Source of the DNA: Botryllus schlosseri
Lineage: Eukaryota
DNA length: 64,000 bases
NCBI GenBank assembly: GCA_051294905.1
Contig: CM119372.1
Span: forward strand, 37,078,001 to 37,142,000
Direction of reading: 5' to 3'
Below the pieces are notes generated by a model. That model was not told the origin of the DNA. It saw only the letters and a list, made by a program, of their open reading frames with translations, and made no database searches. Of the stretch, positions 56,461 through 64,000 are shown piece after piece. Within the stretch, counting starts at the first letter, position 1, and every line of letters begins with the position of its first letter. The translations under genes and the position numbers were made by a program.

Positions 56461-57186
56461 CGTCGACACCAACTTCGGTGTTCGATGGTATAGCAAAGCA
56501 GATAGTAGCAAAGAATGTTGATGCGCCGGTCTTCAGAGTTTAAAATCAGTTAGGGGTTCAGTTGCAAAAAACTCTGACTCAGCAAGCCATAATCTTTAGC
56601 CACTCCTTTAGTCGCAAAGATACGTAGCAAATGCAACGTTTAAACTCTAACCTGACTATTCATCAGTACGTAGATAATCGGATTCAACACAGTTGCTGAT
56701 TTGGCGAAGTACACGGGTATGGTACCGACATATTGGTTAACCTGAATGAAAATAACTTCAATTTACTCCGTACAACATCAACAAATCCAATAAATCTGAA
56801 GTGAGCTTATAACCAGACCTGCATCCCTGGACGAGAGACAGCCGTTATCGCCACCAACGTGTACGGTGTCCAGCAGATCAGAAATGCGATCATGATGCTC
56901 ATCACTATCTTGGTGACGTCGCTCTCAGCCTCTTGCGATTTTCGCGAATGGATTGATGATGCCGTTCTGGTTTACGGAACATCTCATTGTTCAGAAAGAC
57001 GACAACTAACGACAAATTCAATCAGCAATGCCACCAAATTTTCTATATAAGGTAAGAACGCATGTAACGCAGACTGTATATTTTAATCCTCGTTCTCAAA
57101 ATTACCTGATATATCCATAATGCACATACCGCCAGTTTATTTATCCATATTAAACCCATGTAAACAGGACAACACGCCGTGTTCTC

Positions 57187-57470
57187 TGTTTTTGTTGTTT
57201 GGGGGTATTCATGGAGTTTATCGACTGCAATGGTCATTGGTCATGTACACCAGGCGATAATCCTTACTTTTGATTCCATAACTGCCGACATGTAGCACGA
57301 CCCACTTACAGGCTTTTTTAGTACACCGCTTACGCGGATTATATGGCGAGCAGGAACGTAGATAAACAGCCCACACTTAGGTAGGAATTCTGGAGTCGGT
57401 CGGACTCGACCCACGGCCCATTGATGTTACAGCCGTGAATCATACCTCTAGACTATCTCGCCACACAGTG
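57187..57470 (-). mobile_element. Near full-length tRNA-derived SINE (same family as the GPCR insert) in an opsin intron
   Basis: Minus strand has A-box-like TGGCGAGATAG and B-box-like GGGTCGAGTCC. Body and CCATGAATACCCC(AAC)n end match 15086-15285. Confidence 0.8.
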
Positions 57471-59879
57471 CTTCATGATAAATTCGACAATCAAATTTGT
57501 GGAAACCTGCACCCTGCAATTTTGTCTGGGGCACTATCAAGTCCTCTTGTATCTAACAGTTTCAGTATTACCAGAAAATACAAATTCGAATTAAAATTAG
57601 AGCGATAAGCAACATTTTCCAAATTACACGCGAATTAGGTTACCGGCGTTTCGCTTAATTCTATTAGAGATCTAGAATTATCTATAGTTGTTTACGCATG
57701 CCTATAGTACGGGTATGCGCGAGAGAAGTAAAAAATGCCAATATCACCTTTCGTATAATCATCACGATATTTGCGTAGCAGGTGGCCAATGTGATGAGTT
57801 TGCCAAACTAGCAGAAAACCATGAGCAGTATCAGGTATATTCTTCTGTTGAGGTGTCTGGTATTCCAAACCGGCCCGCAGTTTGTACAGATTCCTTCTAG
57901 GTCGTATCCGCCCCATAACAACGGCGGAAGGTTCCATGTTATAGCCCATAGCCAGGCGAAAAGCAGAGCTGAAATGTACAAGACGCTACTGCTGTTTTCG
58001 ACACCAATAACACGCAGTTCTCATTCGAGGAGGTGATATGTTGGTGTTGTTCAATTTCTTGAAAAATGCATGTAAAATACATGGAAAATAGGCTTGGATT
58101 TTTTCCAACCTATCCTTCCATCGCAGCTGGGTTTTAACTAAGGCACAAGGTTCCGAGTCACAAGTCAATTATATAGGGTTACCATATTTCAGTAGCTCAA
58201 AAATCCTGACATTCTTTAGCGCCTGCTACCGGGGTTTAAAATGAGATATGATCACATTGTCTGTAAATATGACACCACACTCGCAATGCCTTGCCTATCG
58301 ATAGGCCTATACACGAGTGGATATCTGAAAATCGGTCATGAATGAACTAGGCTACTGAGCCATGTCTAATTTGAGATCTTGTGATTGCAAGGGTGGTATT
58401 CTCATTTAGTCTGCAACAGACCTCTCATTTAGTCTGCAACAGACCTCTTAACGGGACGGATGAAATCGTCTCGCGGACCGTAGGCTACGCGCTTGACACC
58501 CCACGCGTATATATACTGTTACGTCGGCGGATATTGTAACCAGGACCGAAACAGGACTTTGTTAGCCTCCCTCCCGCAAAACTGCTCTGGGGCTCAGCAT
58601 TGGGCGATCGATTCTGGTGCTAACTATATGCATGCAAAACCAGTGTACGCGTTTTGGGGGAGTGTGGCAAAGTGAGGCTTTGGTTTTTTATTTTGCTCAA
58701 AGTTGTCAGCGGGCTCGCGCAGGGAATTAGTGACTTCGCCCAGACTCTAAGACGAGTCGAGTCATTTTCAGTATTTCGCGACATAACAAGAGTGAAATGG
58801 AGTCATCGGAAAATCACAACTGGAGTCGGGCTCGAGTTGAGTCATGAGTGACCCGAGTCATATACAATCCTGTATCGCAGCCTTGTGTTGTGTGTTATTT
58901 GAGCGAATAAGAATCGAGCGATTGTTGAACATAGGCCTACACATAGGGTTGCATTTGAAACAAATGGTTGTTTAAAACGCTGTTTAAAACATGATTTAAA
59001 CAAAGTGTTTTAAACAATGGCCTTTAAAAAATTGTGTTTTTTTAGAGTTGTATAATTATGTCATAATTGTATAAATACTTTCCAAAAACATGTGGTATTA
59101 TGAGCCTAAGGACGGCGATTACCACCCGATATAGCTGACTTATATAATATAGGATGGTGGGAACCCTCGAAATAGTTGGTTCAAAAGCTATAAATAGATC
59201 ATAGGTACGGAATGAATGTTCTGATGATGATGATGAACGCCGTTCGTAAAAATGCAGCAAGAAGATGTAGTCCTGGTTGAAGATATTTTTGGTCCGTATG
59301 ACAGGGGTTGAAGCCTATTTCGTCTGAGGAGCTATATTTACCGTATATTTTCAATTGTGAATATCAACCACTATGACGTGACAATTGAATATGTGCGACG
59401 TGACAATTGAATATGCGTGACGTAATGGTTAAAATAAACATGTTTTAAACATGGGCCCTGTTTTAAACATGTTTTTTTTTAATTGATTGTTGTTTTAAAC
59501 ATTACAATCGATCGGTACTGTGGATGATGGATCAAATACTAAGCTGTGAACTCGATTCCATTGGGTATCAGGTTCAAATCCCATCACCGATGTCGCTATC
59601 GATCGGTAGACTGTTCTACGCAGGTATAGTAATTAGATATTCGTCAAATGCAGATCGAAATCATCTCACCGCGTCTAATTATGCTACTGGAAAGCACTGC
59701 GTAGCCGCATGCGTAAATCCGTCGGGAACCAGAAGAAAATTACCAATGTAGAGAATTCTGAATTATGATATCGATGAATTGTACTGTGTCCATCATCCAC
59801 TGTTCATGCCTCGCTTACTGGATATTGTCCGCGATCCCGTGAGTTGTTCATAACATGCAGCCGTAAGTGATCTGCGATT

Positions 59880-60260
59880 ACCAGAACGTAATCAGGCCAT
59901 GGCTATGAACTCTGTCATCGGCAAGCATTTGGCTGAGAATGCAACTTGCGCAAAAAACTATCGTCATGAAAGAATCTCTATATTAGGTAGAGGCCGCACT
60001 CATTTCCATCTGTCTGCACTGGAATCGACTTTCATTAAAATCCACCGACCGCGCTTGCGTCAACAGAAGGAATTTTTAGTCAATCTAAAAATTGGCCACT
60101 AGCTGCGCCCGCGGTTTGCCTGTATTTCATGTTGTTAGTTTCTATGACGTCATAATTGGTTATATGTAATGTAGCTAGATGCATGTTTATACAATTCTCC
60201 ATTCGCTGACGATTGCCCCTGAAGAGTGTCATCTCGAAAAGCCTCGGGTTTTAATATATA
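59880..60260 (+). mobile_element. Penelope-like element 3' fragment (GIY-YIG C-terminus)
   Basis: SVIGKHLAENATCAKNY..ISILG..HLSALESTFIKIHRPRL..Q fits the S.I..H...IL...LE..I...P.L pattern ending PLE endonucleases. Confidence 0.7.
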
Positions 60261-61754
60261 TCTGCCATGAATATATTATTAAAATGTGTATTAAAGTTCT
60301 GTAGCCCTACCCCAAAGAGTCTCTTAAGAAACATAGATCCTAAATCAAACCATGAGGATCATTCTTCTAACTGAAATTTTTAATTTAGTCTCCTCGGGCC
60401 TCCATTTCAGTCTCGCGATTAGATGTATCCGACTAACTTTATCAATTACAGCAAAACTCTTCCTACATCAAACCTAACCACTAGTGAGCTGACCCCCCGA
60501 GTAACGAGATATTGCGACATGAGAGTAGATACACCGCGAATTTTCCAACTGACTTCAAAATGTCACGATCTTGAATACCTTGCCTTCCTAATACGAGTAT
60601 TAATTACGATACTCACGATATTCCATCAACACTCTCTACTGTCAGTGTGTCTTACCGTATCGCCCATGCTTTACTTGTGGTACATATACTCCGAACGGTC
60701 TGCATACCACAAGGTATCTTGAGAACGATAGGATGCATATTATAGTCAAATTTACAATGCCTGAATGGAAAGACCTTATCAGTGAGTTACCAGACTACTT
60801 GACGATAGAACGGATGATTGACAGGGGCGAGTAGCGGTTCATGCATATAACTGTCAACCAAATAGCCGGGGTGGTTAAAGTATACTACATGTATCACAAG
60901 TACAGTAGGGGCTTGAGTAGCAGTAATGCCGTGAATTTCGAGTGGAAATAACAATTTTGGACATTTGTAAAAACTACATCAATTGGAAGTTGACAATTAA
61001 AATACGAAAAGTACTCAAAAGGGGATAGTTCGAAAAATTTATATTTTTTCGAGATGTTAAAAACCTTTCGCACTTAGTCGGAGATGGATGCTCTCGAAAT
61101 TAAATGGTGCAGCATCGTGACTGACGCAACAAAGTAAGTGCCAATATGACCAGTGATTGTCGAAGTAGTCTCGTCTGGAAGTGGAAATTATAAAGACGTG
61201 TCAAGACTATTCACGAAGAAGTAAAAAATAAGATTTGAAGATTTGAAAATTACACAGGTTAGTAGTGTCAAAACGAGATTTGGTCGATGGGTCGTATACT
61301 GTCGCAGGTCGCAGGTCACCACTTTTGAACTCGTAGTGTGAATCTTCCCTACCAATATGAAATGACAAATGACCCTACAAATAGCCGCAATGTTTGAAAA
61401 TGCATGAAGTTAGCGTGGTACAATTTCTATTTCGGCCTGTTGACAGGACAATTCCATTCTAAAGATGATGCAACCATGTCCCAAAACTAGTTTCCACTCT
61501 GTATCAAAGTGAAGGAAGTAATCCTAGCTGAAGTAATTCATTGCTGGCCACCTTTAATTATAACGCGGTGGTATTTTTGAAAACACATTCAGTTACCTTG
61601 GGTATTTCGCTCAGCTGTTCATACAACAGCTCTCATGAAAATGATGCAGACATAGAGCAATATACTTCGCAGTTTACAAAATCCAAATCGAACAGGGTCA
61701 GTAGCTTATCCTAAAATGTTAAGTAGATATGGAAGAAGACTAGTTATACTAGAC

Positions 61755-62975
61755 CAGGGGTTCTCAAAGGGTGGGCCATGGCCCACTGGTTGGCCACAGG
61801 AGCATTTGAGGTGGGCCACAAAGCTATTTAGAAAATTTTAGAATTAATGTAAGTTTAGTTATATTTGTTATCTTTATCGCTAAAAATATATTCATATTAT
61901 CTAATTATACGTATTTCCATCAGACTCTGATGACACGTAGTGGCATGTATGGAGTCAGCATGTACACGTTATAAACGCCAGGGAGAAACGGCGGCATTTT
62001 CCAATGGCTATGACAACCTACGGCTAAATGCAACTAAAATAATTTCGAGTAGGCTATATAATAACTGAAATGTAATGCTGAAGTAACCAAGTATTCCGGC
62101 GGGGGCTGGGGCATATGTCGTATGCCGTTGAAAGGAGTGTGCAATAAACTCGGAGCGAAGTATAATTGATGTATAGATTTACTGTACTTAGGGAAATCGT
62201 GTTATTGTAAGATAAAAAATAGCCATAATTGCAAATTATTAGCAACTTCTGGTGGAGGTAGGTATACTGCACCACCGCAACGAATCGTAATGGAATGAGG
62301 ATTTAGCAGAGTGCATTAAACTTTGGATTTGGTTTAAAATGTTCGCCCTGATATCATTGTACATAATGTAAGACTCACATGAATTGATTGTATCGTTGGA
62401 TTGAATATTCTGACATCGCCGCTTCAGTTGGTTTGGTACCAGATGTGTTATTGCATGCATATTAAAAAAAACTTTCTCTACTCTGTAGTACCCCATTCAC
62501 CAATAAATTGTTGGAACCTGATCCAAAATGAATATATTATTCCTCGCAATAGTGGAACTAAAATCCCAATCACACAGTGGATGCGTGGATTTGATCATTG
62601 TGTTTTGCGATGCGAATGGAGCAGCGGACGATCATGATATACACCAGAGTTCAGCCTATGATCTACCAAGGCCGTAACTAATGCACCAAAACCCCCCATT
62701 GCAGAACCTCGAAGAGGGCCAAGATTATTTCGTTGGTCGTTTGTTGGAGGGTGTTTATACGACTTAAAAAAATTTCGTCGCGCTTCGCGCGGGGTCTACA
62801 TTTTTATGTCATCAGTAAATTAAGGGCAAAATGCGCATATTTTGAGAAATAGGCATGTCGGCGCCGTCGATTACCACGCATTGAACAGGACTATGACTTC
62901 AAGATAAGAGGTGGGCCACAGCACATGCTCAAACCGGAAAATGGGCCACGGCCAAGAAAGGGCTGAGAACCCCTG
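61755..62975. mobile_element. hAT (Charlie/Buster-type) non-autonomous element in an opsin intron
   Basis: TIRs CAGGGGTTCTCA / TGAGAACCCCTG. TSD TACTAGAC/GACTAGAC. GGGCCA subterminal repeats. Confidence 0.82.
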
Positions 62976-63743
62976 GACTAGACACTAGAGTAGGCTACTT
63001 CATGTAAGTATACCTACTTATAGGAGTCCCCGGAAGTCTCGCCCACGGCCCCTCAATCGTATGGCCACCACTGGTGATGAGGCCATGCTTCAAGTCGAAT
63101 ACAGTGAATTTCAATAAGGAACATCGTTCTGGGGTAACGTGACTTTAGGCTATGGTCTTTCATGTACCATGAATACCAACAACATACGCTATTCGATCCG
63201 TGTCATGACTTTTAAAGAATGTAAAGAAATACCATGCTTTGCCGAACGTTCCAATGACGAAACCTTCCATATCACAAACCACCTGGCCGAGGTGGAAGTA
63301 TCCCGCTGCAGTGGTAGTTATATTAATACACCCGCCAAATAACGCACTGCAAAAGTCAGTCACCGCCAGATTCTGAAGCATGAAATGTATGGGTCGTTGC
63401 AGATTCTGAAAGTCGACAAATGAATTCACTCCAAGCAACTGTCTGATAAGCAATAGTCTGAAACGAGAGGCCTTCAACATTTTTCTTCTTGCTTTTGATA
63501 TTCATTACAAAATGATTTGTTACTTAACCCGTATTAGCATTTGTCATCAGTCTTACATGTGAAGAGCTTCTTGGAGGTACAGAACTTCAATATACAATTA
63601 AATAGTATATTCATATTGAAATGAACCCGAATATTTTCGGCTGACACTCGTCAGGGGTAATCGTCAGCAACTAGTAGAGAATTGAAAGAACATTGTATAT
63701 CAACAATCGTCACAAAATATGACGTCACCAGCATGAAATTTCG

Positions 63744-64000
63744 AATGAGAGAGCGTTCAATGTACTATTTTTAGGTGATACACGAACTCCTTTTGTTGAC
63801 AGAGTTTTGGTTGGTGTATTTTGATAAAAGTTGATTCCAAGGCTATCGAGACGACCGATTTCGAATCGTAGGTCGAGACCGTTCACAATTCCATTTGTGT
63901 GCCTTGGAATCAACTTTTATCAAAATACACCAACCAAAACTCTGTCAACAAAAGGAGTTCGTGTATCACCTAAAAATAGTACATTGAACGCTCTCTCATT
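63744..64000. repeat. Perfect inverted repeat, arms of at least 100 bp with a 57-bp spacer, running off the window
   Basis: 63901-64000 is the exact reverse complement of 63744-63843. Confidence 0.95.

Larger units (their letters stand above)
53826..63405 (-). pseudogene. Ciliary-type opsin (c-opsin) gene, probably pseudogenised; first (TM1) exon not found in window
   Basis: Exons: 63243-63405 (NLAVTDF..GYFHLGQVVCDMEGF), 60656-60760 (LSFSRYLVVCRPF), 57748-57968 (WNLPPLLWGGYDLEGICTNCGPVW..FC*F), 56819-56966 (AESDVTK..FLICWTPY), 56652-56741 (PVYFAKSATVLNPIIYVLMNSQ). A tentative last exon is 53826-53909 (IRKEVIR..). Retinal-binding Lys codon at 56700-56702. TAG at 57808-57810. Confidence 0.9.

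Noticed and set aside
63409..63480. N-terminal part of ORF 63160-63480 (RFRLLL..GVNSFVD), superficially Helitron-like
   Set aside because: It is intronic sequence upstream of the opsin acceptor at 63406-63408. The conserved part of the ORF is opsin TM2-TM3.

Overview
This is eukaryotic, AT-rich, transposon-dense genomic DNA from an invertebrate animal. The opsin type and intron pattern suggest an ascidian or other invertebrate chordate (inference). Host genes: (1) an intronless orphan class-A GPCR (14396-15631, +) broken by a 216-bp SINE insertion with a 16-bp TSD; (2) a large acidic, helical terminal exon of unknown function (37779-38624, +); (3) a complete 5-exon ALKBH6 (40824-46236, +); (4) a multi-exon ciliary-type opsin on the minus strand (about 53826-63405, first exon not found). 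The opsin is largely invisible in the ORF track. It keeps K296, E113 and E181 but has SRY in place of ERY, an in-frame TAG, a GC donor and a +1 phase conflict. The rest is nested mobile DNA: a very young non-autonomous LTR element (320-bp LTRs, one mismatch, GTGT TSD) with a decayed interior, inserted into a SINE tail; two Gypsy-like relics; R4/Dong-like, CR1/L2-group and Penelope fragments; two Chapaev3-like elements; more than a dozen hAT-type MITEs with 8-bp TSDs; and a perfect 100-bp-arm inverted repeat at the window edge. All calls were made by eye, with no database searches.
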